Part shown: positions 21,202 through 29,081 of the stretch, in pieces
Layout: every line of letters begins with the position of its first letter
Position numbering within the stretch: position 1 is the first letter of the stretch
Assembly: GCA_963753325.1 (NCBI GenBank)
Contig: CAVWBS010000001.1
Location: forward strand, 2,802,553-2,866,552
DNA: 64,000 bases
Reading direction: 5' to 3'
DNA from: an uncultured delta proteobacterium
GTDB lineage: Bacteria > Desulfobacterota > Binatia > UTPRO1
Notes under the pieces: generated by a model
What the model saw: the letters and a program-made list of their open reading frames with translations, nothing else
Told to the model about the DNA's origin: nothing
Database searches by the model: none
Position numbers and translations under genes: made by a program

Positions 21202-21240
21202 AGGGCGGCGGTCTCGTCGGAGACGCCGCCCTTTCCGTTT
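21202..21240 (+). terminator. Intrinsic terminator after the lipoprotein gene
   Basis: AGGGCGGCGGTCTC-GTCG-GAGACGCCGCCCT hairpin followed by TTCCGTTT. Confidence 0.7.
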
Positions 21241-21309
21241 CCGCCGCGAAGGCGCAACGCCGGCCCGTGCCCGTCAACGCCTGGCAAGGCGCCGCGACAC
21301 CGACGCGAC

Positions 21310-22350
21310 CTATGGAAACGTCACGACGGTCTTGAGCGCGCCATACGGATCGGCCGCCGTGCGATACGCCTCGGCCAGCTGCGCGAGGGGGAACTCGTGC
21401 GTCACGACCTGCGAGGCGCGGACGACGCCGCTCGCGATCAGCTCGAGCGCGTCGCGGGTGTCGTTCGGCCCGCAGGAGTAGCTCGGCACCAGACGAACCT
21501 CGCGGAAGTAGAGGTCGAAGGGCTGCACCGGCAAGCGCTCTTCGGGCTTGCTCGCGGTGAAGAGGACCACATGCGCGCCGCGGCCGGCGAGCGCGAGGCC
21601 GAGCTGCATCGCCTCGATGCTGCCCGGGCCGACGATCACGGTGTCCGCGAGCGCTCCTCCGGTGAGCTCGCGCACGGCGTCCACCGGATCCTGCTGGTCG
21701 ACGTGGATGACGGCGTCGGCGCCGAGCGCGCGGGCGCGCTCCAATCGAAACGGCACGCGGTCGAGGCCGATGATCTGCGCCGCGCCGGCGTGCCGCCCGA
21801 GCAGGACGTGGAGCTGACCCATGATGCCGAGGCCGATCACCACGAGGCGCTCGCCGCCGCGCACCGCGCCGCGGCGGATGCTCTTCACGGTGCAGGCGAG
21901 CGGCTCGATCAGGCTGCCATCGATGAACGACAGCTCGTCGGGGAGCCGCAGGGTGTCGCCGCGCACGTTCGTCGGCGGCACCACGAAGTACTCCGCCATG
22001 CCGCCCGGGACGAGCCGGCCCGCGCGCCAGTGCTCGCACTGCACGAACTCGCCACGGGCGCAGAGCGCGCAGGCGAAGCACGGCGCATGGTGGTGCACGA
22101 AGACCCGGTCGCCGGGCCGCAAGCCGTCGACGGCGGTGCCCACCGCCGCCACCTCGCCGGCAGGCTCGTGCCCGAAGACCAGCGGCGCCTTGCTGCGCAT
22201 GTACCAGCCCATGATGTCGCCGGAGCAGATCCCGCAGGCGCGCGTGCGCACCAGGATCTCTCCCGGCCCGGGCCGCGGGACCTCGACGTCGACGACCCGC
22301 ACGGCGAGCTGCTCATCGAGAAGGCCGACGCGCATCGAGGAGGGAATCAT
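21310..22350 (-). CDS. Zinc-dependent (sorbitol/iditol dehydrogenase-like) MDR dehydrogenase
   Basis: CGICSGD, GHEPAG, CxxCxxC....C, EPLAC, GLGIMG. Confidence 0.9.
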   Translation of the reverse strand: MIPSSMRVGLLDEQLAVRVVDVEVPRPGPGEILVRTRACGICSGDIMGWYMRSKAPLVFGHEPAGEVAAVGTAVDGLRPGDRVFVHHHAPCFACALCARGEFVQCEHWRAGRLVPGGMAEYFVVPPTNVRGDTLRLPDELSFIDGSLIEPLACTVKSIRRGAVRGGERLVVIGLGIMGQLHVLLGRHAGAAQIIGLDRVPFRLERARALGADAVIHVDQQDPVDAVRELTGGALADTVIVGPGSIEAMQLGLALAGRGAHVVLFTASKPEERLPVQPFDLYFREVRLVPSYSCGPNDTRDALELIASGVVRASQVVTHEFPLAQLAEAYRTAADPYGALKTVVTFP

Positions 22351-22386
22351 GGGAACCGCCGAACGACGCTGACGCCGGCGAGCCGG

Positions 22387-23421
22387 TCAGGCCTGCTGCG
22401 GGATCAGCGCGTACTTGATGCCTTGCCCCTGCTGCAGCAGGGTGAGGACCTGATCGAGATCGGGAAACGTATACGTGCCGCTGATCAGGGGTCGACCGTC
22501 GATACGACGCTCGGAAAGCATACGCTGCGCCTTGCGCACGTCGCGCGGCGTGAAGTGGAAGGGGCTCATCAGCGTGATCTGGTCGTAGTGCAGGCGACCG
22601 GTGTCGAAGGTGACGCTGGTGCCCGAGGGGCATCCGCCGAAGAGGACGACCGTCCCACCCCGGCGCACGTAATGGACGGCCTGCTCCCACACCTGCGGCT
22701 GACCGGTGCACTCGATGACGATGTCCGCACCGCGCCCGTCCGTGGCCTCGAGCACCTGCTCGCAGGCGGCAGCCGCGTCGGACGCCAGCAGCACCGAGGC
22801 GCCGAGGTCGACCGCCGCTTGCGCGCGGTGCTGACGGCGACCGAGCACCAGCACCTCTTCCACGCCGATGCTCTTCAGCACGAGCAGGTGCAGCAAGCTG
22901 ATGGCGCCCGCCCCGATGATGAGCACACGGTCGTCCGGACGCGGCGCCAGGCGGTCGATCGCGTGGACGACGCACGACAGCGGCTCGAGCAGCGCGGCCT
23001 CGCTGTAGGGAAGCTGCCGCTCCTTGTGGAACATGTTGGTCTCGACGACGGGCGCGGGCAGCTTGACGTACTCCGCGTAGGCGCCGAGAACCATCGTGTC
23101 CATGATGATCGTGCAGAGGTTCTCCTGCTTGTGCCGGCAGTAGTAGCAGGTCTTGCAGGGCGCGGTCGGCACCGCCATGACGGCGTCGCCCTCGCGGAAG
23201 CCGCGCACACCCGCGCCGGCGGCGGCGATGTCGCCGGAGAACTCGTGGCCGAAGAGGGTCGGCATCGGCATCTTCGGATGACCGCGCAGGAACGCCTTCA
23301 GGTCGGTGCCGCAGGTGAGGGCGGTGGATACGCGCACGAGCACCTCGCCCGGCCCGGGAACGGGCGTCGCGACCTCGCGATAATCGATCTTTCCCGGCTC
23401 CAGCAGGAGATGTGCCAGCAT
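22387..23421 (-). CDS. Zinc-dependent MDR dehydrogenase (paralogue of the downstream gene)
   Basis: TCGTDLK, GHEFSG, CKTCYYC....ENLC, EPLSC, GAGAI. Confidence 0.9.
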   Translation of the reverse strand: MLAHLLLEPGKIDYREVATPVPGPGEVLVRVSTALTCGTDLKAFLRGHPKMPMPTLFGHEFSGDIAAAGAGVRGFREGDAVMAVPTAPCKTCYYCRHKQENLCTIIMDTMVLGAYAEYVKLPAPVVETNMFHKERQLPYSEAALLEPLSCVVHAIDRLAPRPDDRVLIIGAGAISLLHLLVLKSIGVEEVLVLGRRQHRAQAAVDLGASVLLASDAAAACEQVLEATDGRGADIVIECTGQPQVWEQAVHYVRRGGTVVLFGGCPSGTSVTFDTGRLHYDQITLMSPFHFTPRDVRKAQRMLSERRIDGRPLISGTYTFPDLDQVLTLLQQGQGIKYALIPQQA

Positions 23422-23563
23422 GGACCGCCGCGCCCCCTTCATTCCGAGCCCCACCAGGTGTGTGCCGGGCACAGAATCGCTTTCGTGTAACGGCGGGGTG
23501 CTACCTTGTCAAGGCGATGCCCGTCGCAGAGCGGGCGACCTTCCACGTATACTCGAGCGTCTC

Positions 23564-23995
23564 ATGCCGCCGATACCCGAGGGGCCACATCCCACCGCCG
23601 ACGTGATCATCGAGCTCGCCGGCGGAGGCATCGTCCTCGTCGAGCGACGCTTTCCGCCGCCCGGCTGGGCGATTCCCGGCGGATTCATCGAGGTCGGTGA
23701 GCGCGCGGAGACGGCGGCGGTCCGCGAAGCGCGGGAGGAGACCGGGCTCGTCGTGACGCTCGACACGCTGCTCGGCGTCTACTCCGACCCGCGCCGGGAC
23801 CCCCGCCACCACACCCTCACCGTCGTCTACATCGGCCGCGCCGACGGCGCGCCGGTGGCGGGCGACGATGCCGCCTCGGCCGGGGTGTTCACGGCGGCCA
23901 CGCTGCCGGCACCGCTCGCGTTCGACCACGCCCGAATCCTCGACGACTACTTCCACTTCCGCCGGACGGGCGAGCGCCCCCTCACCCCGCCGTAG
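23564..23995 (+). CDS. NUDIX hydrolase
   Basis: Nudix box PGGFIEVGE....AAVREAREETGL; YSDPRRDPR; GDDA; LAFDH. Confidence 0.92.
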   Translation: MPPIPEGPHPTADVIIELAGGGIVLVERRFPPPGWAIPGGFIEVGERAETAAVREAREETGLVVTLDTLLGVYSDPRRDPRHHTLTVVYIGRADGAPVAGDDAASAGVFTAATLPAPLAFDHARILDDYFHFRRTGERPLTPP

Positions 23996-24010
23996 CGCCG
24001 CGGGCGTCGC

Positions 24011-25225
24011 TCAGATCCGGGCGAGCGCCCCGGCGAGCCGATCGAGGCCCTTTTCCAGCTGCGCCATCGACGTCGCGTACGAGATGCGGATGTGGGTCGG
24101 CGCGCCGAAGTCCTCCCCCGCGACGACCGCGAGGTCGTGCTCGGCGATGAGATGGGCCGCGAGATCGGAGGCCGAGCTTAGCTCATGGCCGCCGACCTTG
24201 CGCCCGAGGTACGCCCGCATGTTCGGGAAGACGTAGAACGCGCCGCGCGGCGGAACGCAGGTCACGTCGGGGATCGCCGCGAGACGCTCGAGCACGTAGT
24301 CCCGACGCTTCTCGAACTCCTCGAGCATGCGGCCGACGCATTCCTGCGACCCGGTGAGCGCGGCGATCGCCGCCGCCTGCGTGATGGAGCACGGGTTGCT
24401 GGTCTGCTGTCCCTGGAGCGTGGCCATCGCGCCGATGACGTGCTTCGGCCCCGCCGTATACCCGAGTCGCCAGCCGGTCATGGCGTAGGTCTTGGACAGC
24501 GAGCTGATGACGAGCGCATGCGGGCGGAGCTCGGGACGCACACTCAGGATGTGGCGCTGCACGAAGCCGCCGTACGTGAGGCGCTCGTAGACATCGTCGG
24601 AGATGACCAGCAGCTCGTGCCGTAGGATCACGTCGGCGAGCGCGCCGAGCTCGTCGGCGTCGTAGGCCGCACCGGCCGGGTTGGACGGACTATTGATGAG
24701 CACCGCGCGCACGCGCGGACCGATGGCGGCCTCGAGCGCCGCGGGGGTGAGGAGGAAGCCGTCCCGCTCCTCGGTCTGGACGATGATCGGCTTGGCGCCG
24801 GCGAGGACCAGCATGTCGGCGTAGCTCACCCAGAACGGCGCCGCGATCACGACCTCGTCCCCTTCCTGGAAGAGCGCGAGAAACGCCGTGGCCAGCGAGT
24901 GCTTGCCACCGCAGCTCGCGATCACCTCGTCGGGCGCGTAGGTGAGCTTGTTGTCGCGTGCCAGCTTGGTGACGATCGCCGCCTTCAGCGCGGCGGTGCC
25001 GCCGACCGGCGTGTACTTGGTCTGCCCGGCCGCCATCGCGGCGATCGCCGCGCGCTTGATGTGCTCGGGGGTGTCGAAGTCGGGCTCGCCCGTCCCGAAA
25101 TCGACGACGTCCCTCCCCTGCTGGCGCAGCAGCGCGGTCGCCGCGGTGACGGCAAGGGTTGCCGAAGGCTTCACGAGGCCGAGGCGGCCGGCGAGCGGAA
25201 TCGCGGATTCCCGTTGAGTATTCAT
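24011..25225 (-). CDS. aspC: Aspartate aminotransferase (class I/II PLP)
   Basis: GEPDFDTP, NSPSNPAG, ISDDVYE, SLSKTYAMTGWRLGY, GAFYVFP, IRISYA. Confidence 0.9.
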   Translation of the reverse strand: MNTQRESAIPLAGRLGLVKPSATLAVTAATALLRQQGRDVVDFGTGEPDFDTPEHIKRAAIAAMAAGQTKYTPVGGTAALKAAIVTKLARDNKLTYAPDEVIASCGGKHSLATAFLALFQEGDEVVIAAPFWVSYADMLVLAGAKPIIVQTEERDGFLLTPAALEAAIGPRVRAVLINSPSNPAGAAYDADELGALADVILRHELLVISDDVYERLTYGGFVQRHILSVRPELRPHALVISSLSKTYAMTGWRLGYTAGPKHVIGAMATLQGQQTSNPCSITQAAAIAALTGSQECVGRMLEEFEKRRDYVLERLAAIPDVTCVPPRGAFYVFPNMRAYLGRKVGGHELSSASDLAAHLIAEHDLAVVAGEDFGAPTHIRISYATSMAQLEKGLDRLAGALARI

Positions 25226-25731
25226 CGTCCCACCTTCTTCAGCAGGCGGCGCAGTACGGTCTCCGGCACCAGTCCCTCGACGTCACCGCCGAGCGACACG
25301 ACTTCCTTCACCAGCCGCGAGCTGGTGTAGAACGTCGCCTCGCCCGCCATCATGAAGATGGTCTCGATGTCGGCGTCGAGATGGCGGTTCATCATGGTCA
25401 TCTGGAACTCGTACTCGAAGTCGGCGACCGCGCGGAGGCCGCGAATGATCACCTTGGCACCGATGGCGCGGGCGTAGTCGACCAGCAGGCCGGAAAAGCT
25501 GTCGGAACGGACGCGCTCGCCACAATGGCGGAACACGGTCGCGATCATATCGACCCGCTCCTCCGGTGTGAACATCGCGCTGTCCTTGTGGGGGTTGAAC
25601 GCGACGGCGACGATCACCTGATCGAATACCTGCATGCTGCGCTGGACGATGTCGACGTGCCCGTTCGTGATCGGATCGAACGAGCCGGCGTACACCGCCG
25701 TCCGCAGGCTTCCGTTCCTACGCGCTGCCAT
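25222..25731 (-). CDS. coaD: Phosphopantetheine adenylyltransferase
   Basis: YAGSFDPITNGHVDI, IRGLRAVADFEYEFQM, SS.LVKEV. Confidence 0.97.
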   Translation of the reverse strand: MAARRNGSLRTAVYAGSFDPITNGHVDIVQRSMQVFDQVIVAVAFNPHKDSAMFTPEERVDMIATVFRHCGERVRSDSFSGLLVDYARAIGAKVIIRGLRAVADFEYEFQMTMMNRHLDADIETIFMMAGEATFYTSSRLVKEVVSLGGDVEGLVPETVLRRLLKKVGR

Positions 25732-26299
25732 CGCTATGCTCCTCGGATCCGGCCACGCTGAAGATCGTCACGCGCGTGTCGCCGTAGCGACGCGTCTCGC
25801 GATGCGCCAGCGTACCGCCGCGGGCGGCAGGCTCCTCGTCGCGCCCGTGCTCGACGACGACCCAGCCCCCGGCCTCGATCAATCCCGACTCCTCCAGCGC
25901 GAGCAGCGTCTGATCGACCCAGCCGCGATGATACGGCGGATCGAGGAACACCCCCCCGAAGCGGCGGCCGGCCACCGCGAGCGCCTTGATCGCGCGCGCC
26001 GCCGGCGCGACCACGACCTCGCCCTCGCAACGGGCCGCCCGCAGGTTGCTACGGATGGCCGTCGCGGCCGTCCGGTCGCTCTCGACGAACACCGCCCGTG
26101 CGGCGCCACGGCTCAGCGCCTCGATCCCGAGCGCCCCGCTCCCCGCGAACAGGTCGAGGACGGCGACCCCCTCCCAGCAATGGCGACTCTCGAGCATCGA
26201 AAAGATCGACTCCTTCACGCGATCGGCCGTCGGCCGTACGGCTCTTCCCGGTGGAACGCGCAGGCGCCGCCCGCGCGCCGAGCCTGCCACGATACGCAT
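25718..26299 (-). CDS. rsmD: 16S rRNA m2G966 methyltransferase
   Basis: MRIVAG, RPTADRVKESIF, LDLFAGSGALGIEALSRGA, FLDPPY, YGDT. Confidence 0.95.
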   Translation of the reverse strand: MRIVAGSARGRRLRVPPGRAVRPTADRVKESIFSMLESRHCWEGVAVLDLFAGSGALGIEALSRGAARAVFVESDRTAATAIRSNLRAARCEGEVVVAPAARAIKALAVAGRRFGGVFLDPPYHRGWVDQTLLALEESGLIEAGGWVVVEHGRDEEPAARGGTLAHRETRRYGDTRVTIFSVAGSEEHSDGSA

Positions 26300-26491
26300 G
26301 TTCCGGTGATGCTATCGCGAGGAGCGAGGAGGCGGAAGCGGCGCGTCTTATAACGCTTCATCCTGACCCGGGCAAGGAATTCCCGGGCGCGGCGCCGTGC
26401 GCGCGGCCCCTCGTGGGGGTGCGCGTATTGACTCCTCGTCGGGGCGCTTCTAGAAGCCGCTTGAACGCGTCTGCTCGCGAGGAGACCGCTC

Positions 26492-27172
26492 GTGCACGTC
26501 GCACTGCTTCCCGCCAAGCCACTGTCGCTCGCCAAGACGCGCCTGCGCCCCGCGCTCGGCGACGCCGATCGGATGGCCGTGGCACACGCCATGTTCGCCG
26601 ACGTGCTGCAGGCGTTGCTCGCGGCGACGGCCCTCGATCGCGTCCTCGTCGTCACCGCCGACCCGCGCCTGGCGGCGCACGCCCTCGCCGCCGGCGCCGG
26701 CGTCGTGGACGAGGGTGCCCCGCGCGGCTTGAACGGCGCCGTGGCGCTCGGCACCGCCCTCGCCGGCCAGCAGGGTGCGCAGGCGGTGGTGGTCGTGCTC
26801 TCGGACGTACCGTTGGTGTGCAGCACGGACGTCGAGGAGCTGCTCGCACGTACGCCGCGGCCCGGCATCGCCGTCGTGCCCTCGAAGGAGGGCACGGGCA
26901 CGAACGCGATCGTCCATCGACCGCCGGCCATCGTGCCGCCGTGCTTCGGTGGCCGCAGCCTGGAGCGTCACGCCAGCACCGCGGAGCGGCGGCACGTCGC
27001 CTGTACGATCTGGCGCAATGCCCGCATCGCCTTCGACATCGACGAGCCCGACGATCTCACGGCCTTCGCCGCCACCGCCACGGCAACCGCCACCTACCGC
27101 GAGGCGACGCGGCTCGGCTTCGCCGCGCTGCCTACTTCTGTTTCTGCGCCATCGCCTGGCCGCAGCAGTTGA
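26492..27172 (+). CDS. cofC: 2-phospho-L-lactate/PEP guanylyltransferase (F420 biosynthesis)
   Basis: P.K....AKTRL, M..DVL, GLNGA, SDVPL, GTGTNA, FG..S...H, DIDEPDDL. Confidence 0.88.
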   Translation: MHVALLPAKPLSLAKTRLRPALGDADRMAVAHAMFADVLQALLAATALDRVLVVTADPRLAAHALAAGAGVVDEGAPRGLNGAVALGTALAGQQGAQAVVVVLSDVPLVCSTDVEELLARTPRPGIAVVPSKEGTGTNAIVHRPPAIVPPCFGGRSLERHASTAERRHVACTIWRNARIAFDIDEPDDLTAFAATATATATYREATRLGFAALPTSVSAPSPGRSS

Positions 27173-27254
27173 GCGCGCCGGCGCCACCCTTGGTCACGAT
27201 GACCTGGGCACCGCACGCCCCGCAGAGGTAGATTTTCCCCAGTTGGTTCGCCAT
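27132..27254 (-). CDS. Desulforedoxin-like microprotein B (40 aa)
   Basis: Manual translation MANQLGKIYLCGACGAQVIVTKGGAGALNCCGQAMAQKQK; CxxC-x15-CC; GGAGG RBS. Confidence 0.85.
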   Translation of the reverse strand: MANQLGKIYLCGACGAQVIVTKGGAGALNCCGQAMAQKQK

Positions 27255-27333
27255 CCGTCCCTCCATGCGCGTCACGATGCCGAGCGCCATGGCCTCCGCA
27301 GCGTGACGTCGTAGAGCACCGCCACGACGCGCC

Positions 27334-27477
27334 TCAGTCGGAGGACGGTACCGACCTCGCTTCCCTGAGCTTCATCTCGGCGCCGCAGCACGACAGCGCG
27401 CCCTGCCCCGCCTTGTTGCAGAGCACCTCCGTCTCGCAGGTCTCACACACGTACCGCTTCCCGAGCTGAGTCGTCAT
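27334..27477 (-). CDS. Desulforedoxin-like microprotein A (47 aa)
   Basis: Manual translation MTTQLGKRYVCETCETEVLCNKAGQGALSCCGAEMKLREARSVPSSD; CxxC-x15-CC; GGGAG RBS. Confidence 0.85.
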   Translation of the reverse strand: MTTQLGKRYVCETCETEVLCNKAGQGALSCCGAEMKLREARSVPSSD

Positions 27478-27499
27478 GATTACGGCTCCCTGGTCGATG

Positions 27500-28555
27500 T
27501 CAGGCTCGCTCGTGCGGCTGCACGGTCGCGGGCAGCGTTCCTCCCGCCGTCCGTATCGCGAGCTGCGTCCCCGGCGCGAGGTGCTCCCGTCGTACGTACG
27601 CGAGCACGATGGGCCGCGCCAGCCGCCACGACCACGTCCCGCTGGTGACGCGCCCGACGTCCTTGTCGCCGGCGACGATCGCGTCGCCCCCGTGCGGAAC
27701 CTCGGCGGCGTCGACGACGAGCGGCACGAGCTTGCGGTTCACGTGGCCCCGCGCGGTGACGCGCTCCACCACCTCCTGGCCGAGATAGCACCCCTTGCCG
27801 AAGCTGATCGCGGCGGCGAACGGCGCCTCGAGCGCGAGGGTGTCCGGACCCACGTCGACGCCGTAGGCGGGCACGCCGCTCTCGATCCGCAGGGTCTCGA
27901 AGGCCGTGAGGCCGGCGGCCGCAATGCCCGCGCGCAGACCCGCCGACCACCACTCGACGACCCGCTCGCGCGGCACCAGGCAGAGCACGCCGCCGTCGCC
28001 GGGGAGCGGCAGGCGTACCACGCGGATCGGGCCGAAGATCGTCGCGCAGAGCTCGTGGGCGTAGGGTCGGGCCGGGGGCGGCGTCAGCCCGACCCGCGCG
28101 AGCGCGGCTTCCGCCTCCGGGCCGAGCAACGCGCACGCGTGCGCTTCGTCGTCGGCCGCCAGGTCCACGTCGTCCGCGACGATGTAGCGGTCGAGCGCGT
28201 CGCGCGCCCCCGCGAGAGCGCCGGCGCGCGCGTCGAGCACGATCGCGTCGGCGAGCGCCAGCACGAGACAATCGGCCACGACCTTCCCCTGCTCGGTGAG
28301 CAGCAGGGCCGCGCAACCCGCGGTGCCCGCAGCGAGCGCCCGCACGTCGTTCGTCAGCATCCCCTGCAGGAATTCGACGCGGTCCGTCCCGGTCGCGCGC
28401 AGGCGGCCGCGAAAGGCCCAATCGACCAGCGCCGCCGACGTCCGCAGCGCCGCATACTCCCGCTCGGGATCGTCGTACGCGGCCGCGACGGTCCACCCGT
28501 CCACGTCGACGGACGCGCCGTCGCGCGCGCCCGCAGCGAGCGCGCTCCGAGGCAT
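27500..28555 (-). CDS. ygfZ: YgfZ/GcvT-family folate-binding protein
   Basis: G.DR..FLQGMLTND, RIE.G.P..G.D, signature KGCYLGQEVV. Confidence 0.9.
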   Translation of the reverse strand: MPRSALAAGARDGASVDVDGWTVAAAYDDPEREYAALRTSAALVDWAFRGRLRATGTDRVEFLQGMLTNDVRALAAGTAGCAALLLTEQGKVVADCLVLALADAIVLDARAGALAGARDALDRYIVADDVDLAADDEAHACALLGPEAEAALARVGLTPPPARPYAHELCATIFGPIRVVRLPLPGDGGVLCLVPRERVVEWWSAGLRAGIAAAGLTAFETLRIESGVPAYGVDVGPDTLALEAPFAAAISFGKGCYLGQEVVERVTARGHVNRKLVPLVVDAAEVPHGGDAIVAGDKDVGRVTSGTWSWRLARPIVLAYVRREHLAPGTQLAIRTAGGTLPATVQPHERA

Positions 28556-28646
28556 ACGTCCCGATTAGCAAAGCCCGAGAACCCATTGCAACGCCAGCAC
28601 GCAACGACCGCCACCCGTCGTCGTGACGCGCCGGCACTCCCCCCGC

Positions 28647-29033
28647 TCAACGAGGGTCGCGCGGCGCCGCCGCGCGCGGTCGCCGGCGAATGAAGGCCCG
28701 GTGCCGGGCCGGTTCGTACGGCCACGCCCACCAGCCCTCCGCGCTGTCGAGATCGGACGCGAACTCCAGCGCGACCTCGCCGTCGCCGGTGCTCTGGCGC
28801 CAGGTCCCGGTGAACGAGCGGCCCCACAGGCTGCCGCTCACGACCGCGCCCTTCCACGCGAAGCGGAACGTCAGATGGTCGCCGGCGAACTCGACGTGGT
28901 CGATCGCGAACGCGACGCAGCGCCGGTCGTCGAGATCGTTGGCGCGGCCGCCGTACCAGCCGTACTCGTGCAGGCCGCGTCCAAGCCGCGCCGCGAGGGT
29001 CTGCGCATTCGTCTCCTCGGCTTCGTCGCTCAT
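28647..29033 (-). CDS. Hypothetical protein (beta-rich)
   Basis: GGGAG RBS, GC3-biased ORF between the MMPL gene and ygfZ; FTGTWRQ..G.G...LEF. Confidence 0.55.
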   Translation of the reverse strand: MSDEAEETNAQTLAARLGRGLHEYGWYGGRANDLDDRRCVAFAIDHVEFAGDHLTFRFAWKGAVVSGSLWGRSFTGTWRQSTGDGEVALEFASDLDSAEGWWAWPYEPARHRAFIRRRPRAAAPRDPR

Positions 29034-29081
29034 GGTCGCGTCCGGCTCCCCGTGGCTCGCGCGGCAGCGGGATTGTAGCCG

